DNA of 64,000 bases from Eledone cirrhosa (lineage: Eukaryota): positions 54,498,001-54,562,000 of the forward strand of contig OZ024743.1 of NCBI GenBank assembly GCA_964016885.1. Reading direction: 5' to 3'. Each line of letters opens with the position of its first letter. Positions within the stretch are counted from its first letter, which is position 1. A model generated the notes under the pieces. The model made no database searches and had not been told where the DNA came from. It saw nothing but the letters and a program-made list of their open reading frames with translations. A program made the position numbers and the translations under genes. Positions 13,835 to 29,248 of this stretch are shown here, piece by piece.

Positions 13835-16800
13835 AGAGAATCAGTGTTGCGACGAAAGGAATTTATTGGACATATTACAATTGTTTCTCGGGCGACCAGC
13901 TCGAGGCATGATCGATATGGTTATCAAACCTGACTCTGAAATCGCGCGGTCGTCGGATACGTCTCGATTCTACAAAGCAGATTTTCCTAATGTCCTTTAA
14001 CATCGAATTTCTTCGTTTGTTGATTTAGATCCTGTTGTTGTCCTTCCATGAGTGGTCAAGAATTGTACACGTCACCGGTATTTCTAGACTCTCATGGTTG
14101 CCCACTTCTTGCTTCCTCTCGTTCTCCACCTGTCAATCAAAATTTCTTCATGTATCAGAATTACTACTGTGGTGGGAAAGGGGCTGTAATCTGGAACGGC
14201 TGGCATCACTTGGACGTCTTTATTGCCCCTAGGCGCCTTAGTCTACATCGGTCAGGTACAGACCTGCAATTATGCTGTATGCGGCATTCATCGTAAATAA
14301 TGTTTTGCCGGAATTTAAAAAAAAAAAATCATAGGGATGTTTAGCATAACTTGTAGGACACAGCTTTAGAATAGCCTCCGCCATACATATTTCAAAAAGA
14401 AAAAGAAAAAGAAAAAAACCTGCATTAAGAACGTTTTTAAAAAACGTTTTTTTTATTAAAAAAAAAGCTTTCAACAGCCTTTCAAAACAGAAGAGCTATA
14501 ACAAAGGTGTTTTCAACAAATAGACCCAATTCTACACTCACACACTGGACTCAGGGTAGCGCGCATAGCCAGGACGCCGCACATATATATAGGCAGATGG
14601 GAAAAGAAAAATCCATGGGAAGTCATCCGTACCCCCACGCAGACATGCTCAGACAAATACATCGACCCAGGCATGCGCACACCCGTGCTCATACATGTCT
14701 GTGTGGACACACATACATACATGCACCCGCGTGCTCCCACACCGATTGCATATACTTGATGAGTACACCCCCATCCGTCTTCCCGCGCGCCGCTGCGTAG
14801 ATGGTGCACACAGTATTGTATGAGACAACGCATTTTAGGTCTTGCCCCAACCGGATCACGTGGCGGTGTGAGCCCGAAGGTGCCTGCACAATATGCCTAA
14901 ATGTTACGGCAGCACAATATCCCTGCACTAACCGCATGTAGCGTGGGTGGCACATATATATAAAAAAAAAAGCCTGTATGCACATAACGTAAAATAATGA
15001 AATAATATACAATAACAAAATAAAATAAGATAAAATACAATAAAATAAAATGTTGGAAAAAGAGAATGCCTACATGACAGGATGCAGAGGGGGACCAGGC
15101 ATTATCGAGGTGTGCGTAAAGAATCAACTACACGACCAAAAACTTAATGACAGGACTGGAAGTAGCAGACAGGACAGAACAATACGCGGATTTCCATCAA
15201 GGACCATAAATTAGACTTTAAGACCCCCTCCCGCCGGTTAGACTAATAGCACCCTCCAAGTCGGACCTCGGTAGGGTCAGTAAGAATATTATAGATAGGA
15301 TACTGCCCACGTTTATGAATAGAAATAGACTTAGCTTATGGACTTCCACTATGGAGGTAATAGACTGGTTTACAGCGCTGCCCACCAAACAGCAAGTGGA
15401 CTTCGTGCAGCTGGACATAGCAAATTATTACGCGTCTCTCTCACCAGTAATTGTAAACAAGGCCCGCATGAGCGCTATGGCAAGGTCCAACTTCACTAGA
15501 GGTGAAGTGGACATCATTATAGCTGCTAGAAAGACACTCATTATGTTTGACGGTAGACTGTGGGAAAGGAGAGACAGACCCGACAGTTTTGACATCACCA
15601 TGGACTCGAGAGACTCCGCACAGGTGACGGACTTGGTGGGAAATTATCTACTCTATAGGTTAGCAGAGGAGATTCCAGGGATAGGCGGAGCGATATATAG
15701 AGACGACGCCCTATTTATTTTCCACTCATTAAACTCTATTCAGCTGGAGCGCATGCGGAAGCGCATCTCACATTTCTTTAAACAGCACGGCTTATCCGTG
15801 CTAAGAGAAAACAGCACTAAGACAGTAAACTTCCTAGACGTATCTTTGCAACTGGATACAGGTTTATACCGACCATATCACAGGCCCAACGAGAACCTGC
15901 GGTACGTAAACATCCCCCCCTCCCAAGTCGGTTATTGGCGCTAAAGTGAAGGGGGTATCCACCCGAGTATCCAAACTGTCCGCCAACGTGGATGTGTTCA
16001 ATCAGCACGCCGATTACTACAATGAGGCACTGGGCAGGGTACACAGAAGCCATAGTGTATACCCCGGACAAGGGCAGGCCGTATAGCGAGGAACACAAAC
16101 ATTTTTTATTTTATTATTGTATATTATTTCATTATTTTATGTTTTGTACATACAGCTTTTTTTTTATATATATGTGCCACCCACGCTACATGCGATTAGT
16201 GCAGGGATATTGTGCTGCCGTAACATTTAGGCATATTGTGCAGGCACCTTCGGGCTCACACCGCCACGTGATCCGGTTGGGTCAAGGCCTCAAATGCGTT
16301 GTCTCATACAATAATGTGTGCACCATCTACGCAGCGGCGCGCGGGAAGACGGATGGGGGATACTCATCAAATATATACATCCGGTGTGGGAGCACGCGGG
16401 TGCATGTATGTATGTGTGTCCTCACAGACATGCATGAGCACAGGTGTTTGCATCCATGGGTCGATGTATTTGTCTGAGCATGTCTGCGTGGGGGTACGGA
16501 TGACTTCCCATGGATTTTTCTTTTCCCATCTGCCTATATATGTGCGGCGTCCTGGCTATGCGCGCTACCCTGAGTCCAGTGTGTGAGTGTAGAATTGGGT
16601 CTATTTGTTGAAAACACATTTGTTATAGCCCTTCCGTTTGAATGGCTGTTGAAAGCTTTTTCTTTTTAAAAACGTTCTTAATACAGGTTTTTTTATTTTT
16701 CTTTTCCTTTTTCTTTTTCTTTTTCTTTTTCTTTTTCTTTTTCTTTTTCTTTTTGAAATATGTATGGCGGAGGGTATTCTAAAGCTGTGTCCTACAAGTT

Positions 16801-17316
16801 ATGCTAAACATCCCTATGATTTGCTTTTTTAAAAAAATTCCGGCAAAACATTATTTACGATGAATGCCGCATACAGCATAATTGCAGGTCTGTACCTGAC
16901 CGATGTAGACTAAGGCGCCTAGGGGCAATAAAGACGTCGAAGTAATGCCAGCCGTTCCAGATTACAGCCCCTTTCCCACCACAGTAGTAATTCTGATACA
17001 TGAAAAAATTTTAATTGACAGGTGGAGAACGAGAGGAAGCAAGAAGTGGGCAACCATGAGAGTCTAGAAATACCGGTGACGTGTACAATTCTTGACCACT
17101 CATGGAAGGACAACAACAGGATCTAAATCAACAAACGAAGAAATTCGATGTTAAAGGACATTAGGAAAATCTGCTTTGTAGAATCGAGACGTATCCGACG
17201 ACCACGCGATTTCAGAGTCAGGTTTGATCACCATATCGATTATGCCTCGAGCTGGTCGCTCGAGAAACAATGGTAATATGTCCAAGAAATTCCTTTCGTC
17301 GCAACACTGATTCTCT
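13835..17316 (+). mobile_element. Penelope-like retroelement with ~1.2-kb inverted arms (13835-15054 / 16098-17316)
   Basis: Arms are reverse complements (mirrored ORFs in the track). The spacer encodes a PLE RT fragment. Confidence 0.85.
15190..16060 (+). pseudogene. Penelope-type reverse transcriptase fragment
   Basis: Motifs QLDIANYYAS, FDITMDSRDSAQVTDLVG, IYRDDAL, NFLDVSLQL, YRPYHRPN. Confidence 0.85.
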
Positions 17317-17366
17317 ATATTATATATACATATATATATATGAGAGAGGAAGAGAGAGAGAGAGAG

Positions 17367-17447
<81 letters not shown>

Positions 17448-17741
17448 CTGCGGTGCTGAGAATGGTGGGATCACTAATCATGGGACTTCTCAACGCACGT
17501 GGAAATCCAGAGGGGATATAGAGATAATTAAAATATCAACTGTGGCGCCAAACCATATATATATATATACATATATATATATAAGCCAAATGAAGCAACC
17601 AATCTGAAACTTCACTACTAATTTTCTACTAAGGAGATAAATTACTCCATCCTCCTCACCAGTCTAGTTAACGCTTTCAGTTAATACTTGAATGTTTTAA
17701 ATACTACAAAATTTCAAACACACGATTTTTGTATTCATTAT

Positions 17742-17791
<50 letters not shown>

Positions 17792-17827
17792 GTATTCTTC
17801 TATGGCAAAATGACCTTCCCAAAGTAT

Positions 17828-17886
<59 letters not shown>

Positions 17887-17896
17887 TATATATATA

Positions 17897-18558
17897 AATA
17901 TAAATTTAGCGAGAAACGCATTTCGGCGGGTAGAAATTAGCGAAACGCAATTTCCGTAATGGGCAAACAAGCGCTCCACGGATATGAAGATACCAGTGCT
18001 ATAAACATAAGTTAAAATGGTCATACACACTGAGACTATGGTTAAGAAGCCATTAACCACCTTAGCCAAAAAAGCGAACAAGCTAAACGGGTCAAACAAA
18101 ATTAGATAAGATATGATTGAAATAGTTACCCGGGCCTTCGGGGAAGATGGAATACTCCGAAATTGGGTTTCTGCAACACCTAAATCAATAATACTGTCTG
18201 CTTATAAAAAATAAGCTTTTGGTATAATGATCGAACAAGGCACCGCTTTCTCAACAGATTTTTGTTCTTCGTGCGCCAGAATCTCACAGGTTATGAAAGC
18301 ACATGTGAGGTTCTAAGGGGAGAAAACCACTATTTTGGCCAGTGAATTCAGCATGTTTAGTTATTGCAAAATTTTGCAAAAACAAATTAAGCTCTCGACT
18401 GAGTTGTTTTTAAAATAAACTTAAGCGCTTAATCAGTCTGTAGAATTAACTAAAAAGCCTAAACAAAAATAAAAAAATTAATTGGTTAATCACTTGACTT
18501 GGGAGATTAATACAAATATAAATTGAGCGAGAATCGCATTTCGGCGGGTAGAAATTAG
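17897..18558. mobile_element. ~618-bp element with ~45-bp terminal direct repeat, in (TA)n
   Basis: agcgagaa(a/t)cgcatttcggcgggtagaaattag at 17908 and 18526. Related termini occur at ~4570 and ~54360. Confidence 0.5.
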
Positions 18559-18583
18559 ATATATTTATATATGTATATATATG

Positions 18584-18614
<31 letters not shown>

Positions 18615-18624
18615 GCATATATAT

Positions 18625-18715
<91 letters not shown>

Positions 18716-18817
18716 CATATATATCTATATATATGTATATATCTATATATATATGTGTTATATATATGTGTATATATATGTATGTATATATATACATGTA
18801 TATATGTATTTATATAC

Positions 18818-18849
<32 letters not shown>

Positions 18850-18859
18850 TTATATATAT

Positions 18860-19097
18860 CTAAGGCGGGTAAAATTTCCGAGATCCATGGACGAGTTCTC
18901 TCCAGCGGTCTCTGTCCCTCATTATCGCTGCCATGTCCTGCGTCTGTGTCTGTCCTTAGGGCATCAACATACGTTAACCTTGGTCTTCCACTTCTAGTGC
19001 GTCCATATAGGGGCTCCTACAGGAGCACTGAGTGCAATGTCAACTCTGGATGTCGGTGAGCATGTCCAGCTAACCCCAGTCTCCTCTGTGTCACTTT
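18860..19097 (-). mobile_element. RTE-like LINE 3' fragment
   Basis: Homologous to 44120-44492. Confidence 0.7.
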
Positions 19098-19176
19098 TAT
19101 ATATATATGTATGTATATTTATACATATATATATGTATATATATATATTTATATATATATATATATATATATAAGT

Positions 19177-19655
19177 ATGCATGTATGTATACGCACATAC
19201 ACATATGTATACAGAGGTACAGTAGTATGTATATATATACATACATGCACATATATATATATGCACGTATCGGTTTACCGAACATTTATTATACGCCGTA
19301 CAGTGTTTAGGCAACCACGTCACTTTTTTGTTCAACTCTGACACAGGAACGATGTACTAGTTTCAAGCTTATTAGCTATCGTCAGCATCGTATACCTTCC
19401 TGCCAGATGGTTGAACGTCTGAAAGTATATACTTTCCTTTTGCATATTAACGGCTGAGCAGCCTAAAAGGTGACGTGGTTGCCTAAACACTGTTCGGCGT
19501 AATTCGGGCTGTTTGTTTGTTTACAAACAAACCGAACATTATAATAAATGTTCGGTAAACCGATACGTGCATATATATATGTGCATGTATGTATATATAC
19601 ACATACTACTGTACGTCTGTATACATATATGTATGTACATATACATACATGCATA
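19177..19655. mobile_element. Fold-back hammerhead-bearing element
   Basis: Inverted arms ~19177-19326 / ~19485-19655 flank a hammerhead. Confidence 0.7.
19349..19391 (-). ncRNA. Type I hammerhead ribozyme
   Basis: acgatg CTGACGA t-agct-aata-agct-t GAAA ctag TA catcgt. Confidence 0.8.
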
Positions 19656-20274
19656 ATTACATTTAAGTAACTGCCGTACTAAGAGTGAGAAATGAAATTT
19701 CGTTTCATTCTATTCTATTTATATATACATATATTGACATACCCGTTTTGAATTGATCCCAAGCGGTCTCTTTTACGAGTATGTCAAATAACACTTGATA
19801 CCTCTAATATTGTATTTTGTCTGAAGAAGCAAACTATAACTTAATATCCCTGAAATATATATAACGAAATAAATTATGATGTTATAGTGAACTATATCTC
19901 ATTTATTGCTATTATTATTATATACATACATATATATATATATATACACACACATATATATATATAGTAATAATAATAAATTTGAAGACTAAAATCCAAA
20001 GACGGCTCGAGAAGGATAAATATATATCAGATATATAATAACTGTAGAGCAAATATTTATTAAAATAACAGATTAAAGTTTAAGCAAAGAACCGCTGCTT
20101 TCACCCTTAACGGGATCTTCTGAAACTAAAAAAGTCAATCTGTGAACGCAGGAGTAAATATTTCAAAAAACGTTGCAACCGAAGGAAGACAGGAAGACGA
20201 TACTTTGGTTCGTGGAAACGTTCCCTGGCAAAGAACGGAGAAAAACGAAGATATTATGTCATTATTTGGTGCGG

Positions 20275-20467
20275 GGATTGGCAGTATCGGTAGAGGGTCG
20301 GACGCCATGCTTTGACGCATAGAGTTACGGCACTTGCCATTCTGAGTTCAAATCCCGCCGAGGTTAACTTTGCTTTTCATCCTTACGGGGTCGATAAAAT
20401 AAAGTACCAGTAATACACTGGATAATTGCTGGCCTTGTGCCAAACGTAGAATCAATTATTTGGTGCG
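20275..20467 (+). mobile_element. tRNA-type SINE inserted in the Penelope 3' region
   Basis: attatttggtgcgg on both sides (20261, 20455). The empty site is present in the sister copy at ~51993-52007. Confidence 0.8.
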
Positions 20468-20924
20468 GTGAAAACAGTTACACGCAAAGACAAAACCACG
20501 TTTATGGTATAAATGATGTCTTAGACTAATATTCTATTAGGTGGTTCATGGAGACGTTCTCAGGCAATGAACGGAAAAAACGAAGATAATAGGTCATTAT
20601 GTAGAGCGGGGAGAACAATTACACGCAAAGACAAAATCACGTAAATGGTATAAATGAAGTCGTAGACTAAAATTCTATTTATGAAACCGAATGATTTTCG
20701 GTTTCAGAGTTAAGAATAAAATAAATAAAAATACAGAGGTAATTGAAATTAAATATATACATACACGCATCCATATACGTACATACACAAGCATACGCGA
20801 AAACACTCGCCATGGGTATGCAAATACAAGCACGTACACAAAAAAAAACACGCACGCATATACAGAACCCACGCAACGCCTGTACCCGCACACATACAAA
20901 CGTATACACCAAATACACATAAAA

Positions 20925-20986
<62 letters not shown>

Positions 20987-21419
20987 ACACATAATTAAAT
21001 AAACGTATATAAATATACACACATAAATACGTATATAACGCGCGCGCACACATACCTACATGTAAATACACATATGTTCGCGGACGTACGTCAACCAAAA
21101 TACAAAGTACACATATACGCACACCCTACATACGTACGAACCCGCATACTCACACAGGCACAAAACTCACGTATACATATAACCAAATGAACATGTACCA
21201 GTATATATAATATATACGCCATAACATATACAAGCAAATATACGTACGAGAAAGTATACGTACCTTCACAAAACATACAGGTAATATATACTTGCCTATA
21301 CAAATAAGTAATGGTATAAACATAATATATACTTACCTACCACATCAAGCCGTACAATATCCACGTGTAGTTCGTACTATCCGTTAGGGTATAATGTGAG
21401 GCTGTAGTACAGGAAAGTG

Positions 21420-22930
21420 TTGTGCAATTTATGTTTACAAGCCGAAATTGCCTTAGATTTTTTGTTTAAGATGTGGTCTTTGGCGTAGAATATTTCCAGC
21501 GCAGAGGTCATATGGTCTTTTATTTCCGTTATTCGATCTAGCCTGAGCTAGGATCTCCCAGCGTAACTTATATTGGGTGTGGTTGTCTTTTAGACTCCAG
21601 ATATAAGCTGAAAGTCACGTCACATTCCTTCTTAAAGGGTTAAGAAAAGAATGGGGATGCATGTAAATACGTTGCTTAATCTATTGGCGGTTAACCCCAT
21701 GTAGGCCCTACGGGACGTGGGTGTTTCAAACTTGCATTTGTAGACAATGTTACTAGAGAGGCATTTCCCGGATAGGGGGCAGTCAACTCGATCCCTACAA
21801 TTACAGTTAGTACAGGGTTGCACGTATTCCTACAGCTAGGTAATTTAGCAAAATTTGAAGCTGTGATGTTATGTGCAATGTTAGGAGTCGTAGAGTAAGA
21901 AATTTTAATGGTATTTCTATTAAAAATTTTGCTACATTTATGTGCTGGGGGAAATGCTTCATAATAAGGGAGAGAAAGATCTTAGCTAATAGTGTAGCCA
22001 CCTCCATATTATATGGTGGGTTATACCATATAATGCGTCGGGATCTATTTTTCCTAGGTCTATTCTCGTAATCTGTATAAGCTACCTTATCGACAAATCC
22101 ACTCCGAGCAAGAGCTTCATTGTAATATGTGGAATGGTCGTTGAAAATATGCTCGTTTGTAGATAGACGGGAAAGCCTCAATGAAATGCTTCTTACCAGG
22201 TTCTTGGTTATGCTGGCAGGATGGTTAAAATGCTTTCTTATGTAATTAAGCGTATCATTCGGCTTTCTATAGGGGTAGTGCAAGCCATTCGACAAATCGA
22301 GGGTAACGTCGAGGTAATTAACGAGCCAGAGGTTGGCCTTAACCTGTATGGAGAGGTTGAAGCCTTTAAAGAAGGCTGTGAGTTCTTTTCTGAACCTGTC
22401 GCAAGCACGTGGGCCGCACTTTGTCATGGTCAAAAGACCGTCATCACGGTACAAACCACCGTCCACGTTGGGGAATTCTTCCTGATAGAGAAAAGAAGGA
22501 AAAGGCCAATAAGATCAGTAACCTCCGCAGAATCGCTGGCGCCCATACTCACGTCGAATGGGTACTATAAGATTTTTTAATCCAAATAGAGTCGTGGAAA
22601 TTAATCACAGACTTATGGGCATTGAGGAAGATATCAACTTCGAAATTCTTAACCACTGTGTGTGTTTTAGCGAAATTGTTAGCTCTAAGAAGAAGTGGTA
22701 AGGTGGTGGAGGAGTAGATGTCGAATTGGATAAAACGGCAATCTTCCTTGTTGCATATGCCGTTGAACCAATCAATCACCGCGAAAGAATTTTTCCACAG
22801 TGCAAGAGGGGCCAAACTTCTCATATCAGGTATAATTCTATCTAAAATCCTTTTACTAAGTCTACCTAAATCTGACTTCGTAGGGCTAATAAGTCGAATA
22901 GAGGGGTTGTACGGGAAATTGGATTTATGA
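21420..22930 (-). pseudogene. Penelope RT-GIY-YIG ORF, frameshifted
   Basis: FIQFDI, GLYRDDGL, YLDVTLDL, YRKPND, IIWYNPPY, CNCRDRVDCPLSGKCL, NIVYKC...AYMGLT. Confidence 0.9.
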
Positions 22931-23196
22931 TGTATTATCTTCGTTTTTTTTTCGTTCTTTGCCAGGGAATGCTTCCACGAACCAAAGTATCGTCTTCCTG
23001 TCTTCCCCCAGTTGCAACGTTTTTTTTAAATATTTACTTCTGCGTTCACAGATTGACTTTTTTAGTTTAAGAAGATCCCGTTAAGGGTGAAAGCAGCGAT
23101 TCTTTGCTTAAAACTTTAATCTGTTATTTTAATAAATATATATATATGTATATATGTGTGTGTGTGTATGTATATATATGTATATATATATATATG

Positions 23197-23507
<311 letters not shown>

Positions 23508-23520
23508 ATATATATATATA

Positions 23521-25170
23521 TGACCCACACTCCCCCCGGCCTGAACTCCCCACCCTTATTCCTTTAGCCTTCGACCGCCCCCCTCCCTCCACACTTATCC
23601 CCCACTAACACCACTAACACACCCCTCCTTTTCACCGCCCACCCCACAACTAACAATACTAACACCTCCACTCCACCCCTCATTTGACCACCCTTCCCCA
23701 ACTAACATACTAACATCCCTTCCCTCCCCTCTTCTCCTCCTCCCCCCTCCTTATCACACGCACACACCCACCGGCACATATATACACGCGCTCACACTAA
23801 ACACACACCCTACTACCACCACTAACCCTCACCCCCACACCTCTCACCCACACACCTCCATCCCACCACCCCGCAACTAACCTCACTAACACCCCCTAAC
23901 CCCAAGCACACGAACACACGCACCCACTTACACCACCCACCCCACACGCAACTAACATCACTAACACCCCCCAACCCCACGCACACGTACCCACACACCC
24001 TCGTACACTACCAACTCTACACACCCTACCACCACTAACCCCCACTCACACCTGCATTCAACCCCTCCCCACCTCCCGTATACTAACACCCACTAACACC
24101 TCTTCATCAAACTACACACACACCAGTACACCACACTCCCTCCATAGAACCACACACACCCTTCTCTCCCCGCTCCACCCACACCCTCGCTCCACACTCA
24201 CTCATCCCACTAACACCCCTACTAATACACACACACACACCCTCCTCACTCCAACTTTCACACCTACCCATCCTCGCCCCTTTACCATTCCACCGACTGC
24301 TGCTATGCCCTCTGACCACCTCCCAGCACAAACAGACCACAGCACTCCCACTGCTGACCACTTCCTGTTGCGTGCGCACCTCACATCTCTCCTCTTCCGA
24401 CCATCGCTTCATGGAATACCCACACGCAGAAATTGACCAACAACCAATCCACTAAACAACTTCGGAATTTACCAACTGTTCAACCATCCTCTTACGTAAT
24501 CACCTATATAACTCACCCACAAACACGCCTCCAAAAAATTTTTTTCTCCACACGCCACCTACAGCCACAACACGCTTAAACCGCACACACACGTGCTTTC
24601 CACCACATATTTACACCCTCAGCCTCCTGATTCCTCTCCCCCCACCACTCTATCCACACACGCACAGACACTCCGACCCACAAACTCCCCCACACACACC
24701 TCTTCCTGAACATGCAACCCCGTTCTTCCCCCAACCCTTACTTTCACATACACGCACACACACACACACGCACACCTACACACACACACCACCTTCAGCC
24801 CTCCCCGCTCGGACACCCCGTCTCCCTCTCCCCACTCCACCCGCCACCACTCCTACACACCCCACACCCTTCTACCACCTGTTTACCCCCCTTTTAATTT
24901 CAGTTTATTTTGATCATGCCTTTATTTTTAAATTTATCTCATTCCTTGTATTTTGATCATGCTTTATTTTTATTTTTATCTTTATTTTTTATTTTTTCAT
25001 TCGCACCGTTTCCTTTCGCTATATGTCTCTCCACCACTCCCCTACACACCCTTTGAACTCTGTTCCCACACACTTCTCACCTGAGGAAGGGCTTATGCCC
25101 GAAACGTCGTCCCCCACCAACACCCCACTCTCCAGAGCGTGAAATTAATAAACATTCGTTGTACTGCCTC
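23521..25170 (+). mobile_element. C/A-rich decayed Penelope-like derivative ending in a minimal hammerhead
   Basis: Hammerhead at 25078-25110 followed by aataaa. A weak TPTADHF-like relic near 24344 resembles PLE endonuclease C-termini. Confidence 0.5.
25078..25110 (+). ncRNA. Minimal type I hammerhead motif
   Basis: CTGAGGA a gggc-ttat-gccc GAAA cg TC; stem I only 2 bp. Confidence 0.65.
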
Positions 25171-25198
25171 TCTGTTTTGTCCCTGTTCAAATTTTTCC

Positions 25199-25238
<40 letters not shown>

Positions 25239-25248
25239 TATATGTATA

Positions 25249-25280
<32 letters not shown>

Positions 25281-25281
25281 C

Positions 25282-25312
<31 letters not shown>

Positions 25313-25389
25313 TGTATACATATATATATATACATATACATATATATATACATATGTATACAAATATATGTATATATATATATATATAT

Positions 25390-25455
<66 letters not shown>

Positions 25456-25657
25456 ATTTATATATATATATATATGTGTATTGTTATACTTGGGCAAGGT
25501 CATATTGTTATAATATTGCCAGAAATAACAACAGAACAGACTCACTGTTTGGTTTGGGTTGGTTTTCGTTTCTGTATCTTGTATATCTCCATAGTTAATT
25601 TATTTGGCAATCAATGTTTATCATTGATTGACCTGTGGTTCAAAATAGTCATATAAA

Positions 25658-25904
25658 TATATAGAATTAGGACATGCGAAGTAGTTTCAGACGTTAAAGT
25701 CCTTTATTGGTATTGCTCTGATACATATTTCAATGACGACAATGGCCACGCGATTCTATGTACCCAGTGCCGTGACATCATCAGACAGCTTCTTATATAA
25801 TAAGGTTACTTTCCCAAAGCTGTCGTCATTGAAATATGTATCACAGCATTACCAAAAAGAGTTTAACATCTGAAACTACTTCGCATTTGCTCATTCTAAA
25901 TATA
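25658..25904. repeat. Diverged inverted repeat with a decayed hammerhead (25715-25789, minus)
   Basis: Arms 25658-25741 / 25821-25904; gctgt CTGATGA...GAAA tatgta TC a(c/g)agc. Confidence 0.5.
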
Positions 25905-25978
25905 CTCCGTTTTTCCTATGTGGAAATAATGCGTATCGAGTGGTTTATGTCAATTGCATCAATATTTACCGTAAGATA

Positions 25979-26823
<845 letters not shown>

Positions 26824-26836
26824 CGTTTATATATAT

Positions 26837-26870
<34 letters not shown>

Positions 26871-26906
26871 GTATATATATATATGTATATATATGTATAT
26901 ATATAC

Positions 26907-26971
<65 letters not shown>

Positions 26972-27048
26972 AATATAGATCATACATGTATATATATATA
27001 AATGGAAAAAATGAAATTTCATTTCTCACTCTTAGAACGGCTGATGCT

Positions 27049-27122
<74 letters not shown>

Positions 27123-27548
27123 CATACATACATACATACATACATACATACATACATACATACATACATACATACATACATACATCACTTGCACACATAA
27201 CATACACACATGACATACACACATCGGCAGAGATATTCACACCTTTCGACTTTTTGTATCAATATCATTTGTCAAACATAAAATACCATCACACTTCTAA
27301 CTGTTACAGTAGATATATTATCTCATTCCTCCTCATGAGAAACATTATTATTTCATTTTATTCAAGCAATAAAACTTCCTTAAATATGTTTCAATATCAC
27401 GTTGTATCTTTGTAGTTTGGTTATATCTTCGATCTTATATCATCTAGCTTGTCTTTTTGTCTCCTGTTTTCTTCTATCTTCTTTGCCTTCTGTCTTCTTC
27501 TTCTTCTTCTTCTTCTTCTTCTTCTTCTTTCACCACCACTGCTATCGT

Positions 27549-27605
<57 letters not shown>

Positions 27606-27669
27606 TATCACCACCATCATCATCACCATCATCATCACCGTCATCATCATCATCATTATCACCACCACC

Positions 27670-27702
<33 letters not shown>

Positions 27703-28368
27703 CTCATCATCAATATCATCATCATTTTCCTTATCCTCAACATCATTTCACTATACAAATTCGAAGATCAGTAAGACATGCGTACTCACACGCTTCCGTT
27801 TTGTTTCGCGGTACCATCTTCCCACAATTTCAGCTTCCTTCCTTCTGTTTCCTTTCGTGCCTTCCACCCATCCCTCATTCCATTTTTCATTCCTCTCTTC
27901 CTTCCTCGCAGTCACATCTATCCTTCATATTTCCCACCCTCCCATTTTTTAATTCAGTCAAGAGATATTCTTACTTAAACGGTGACAGTAAACGTAAAAA
28001 TTGTTCTTCTTGCTGCTGCCAAGCCTTTTAATCAAATACAAAGCTATTGCGCTTTTCTTAATCAAATGAAAAACTCTAGTTTATCACGATTTGCACATCT
28101 TTAATAGTTATTATCCAATAAAAAATAAAAACACAGCTGCCATTTTTTCTCAACTTATATCTGAAATATCTTCTATCAAAATGGAGATCTTTAGCGTACT
28201 TGTTATTTAATTTCCAAACAACGATTATTACTGAAATTGCCATCTTAGCGAGATTATCAACATTAAAGATCGATCGAATATGTCACATGGGCGAGAGCAC
28301 GAGGGAAAGAGTAGGAATGGCGGACACAGAAAGAGATATATATATATATAGAGAGAGAGAGTGAGAGA

Positions 28369-28459
<91 letters not shown>

Positions 28460-28613
28460 GAGAAGAGGGGGAGCTGATTAATCGTGCGATATATTAATTT
28501 TTTTTATTTTTACCAATGCCATACAGATATATATACATTTGTGTGTGAGTGTGTATGTATCTATGTATGTAGTATGTATATATTATATATTTATATATAA
28601 TACATCCATACAT

Positions 28614-28653
<40 letters not shown>

Positions 28654-28727
28654 GTGTGCGTTTGTGTGTGTGTATCTATGTATGTATTTAGGTATGTAGT
28701 ATGTATATATTATATATTTATATATAA

Positions 28728-28763
<36 letters not shown>

Positions 28764-29006
28764 TATAGACACACACGTTTATATATATACGTATATTATA
28801 TTATAAAATCATGTGTGGGGAAAGTATCACTCAGAAAATCTACTTTATCGACGATTCACACCAATGGAAAAAGGTAAATCTAATTATATATCATGTATAA
28901 CGTTAGTTTACCAGGAAGCGGGTTAGAAAAATCCTCACTATCATTATGATTTGTTTAAATGGAAATTTTTTCATGTAATACAGGTACGAAATACATACGC
29001 AGACAT

Positions 29007-29066
<60 letters not shown>

Positions 29067-29248
29067 TCATTATATATATATATATATATATTGGAATAAA
29101 TGCTCTGAAATAGCGATATATATGTGAATATAGACATAGAATATTCGAAAATATTCTGTATGTTCATAATAAACATTTTGAAGACCTAATCGCTATAGAA
29201 TAGAATACGTCACGTATTACAATTAGATTCTCGATAAAAGCAAGGGAA

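Larger units (their letters stand above)
19970..23137 (-). mobile_element. Penelope-like element: RT + GIY-YIG relic, long 3' region, inverted ~200-bp terminal copy at 22935-23137
   Basis: Coding motifs at 21420-22930; 20055-20260 is the reverse complement of 22935-23137. Confidence 0.9.

Noticed and set aside
27969-28030. Possible minus-strand donor GTAAGA and small exon
   Set aside because: No convincing acceptor or recognisable peptide
27402-28031. Poly-His ORF
   Set aside because: (CAT)n/(TTC)n repeat with no domain context
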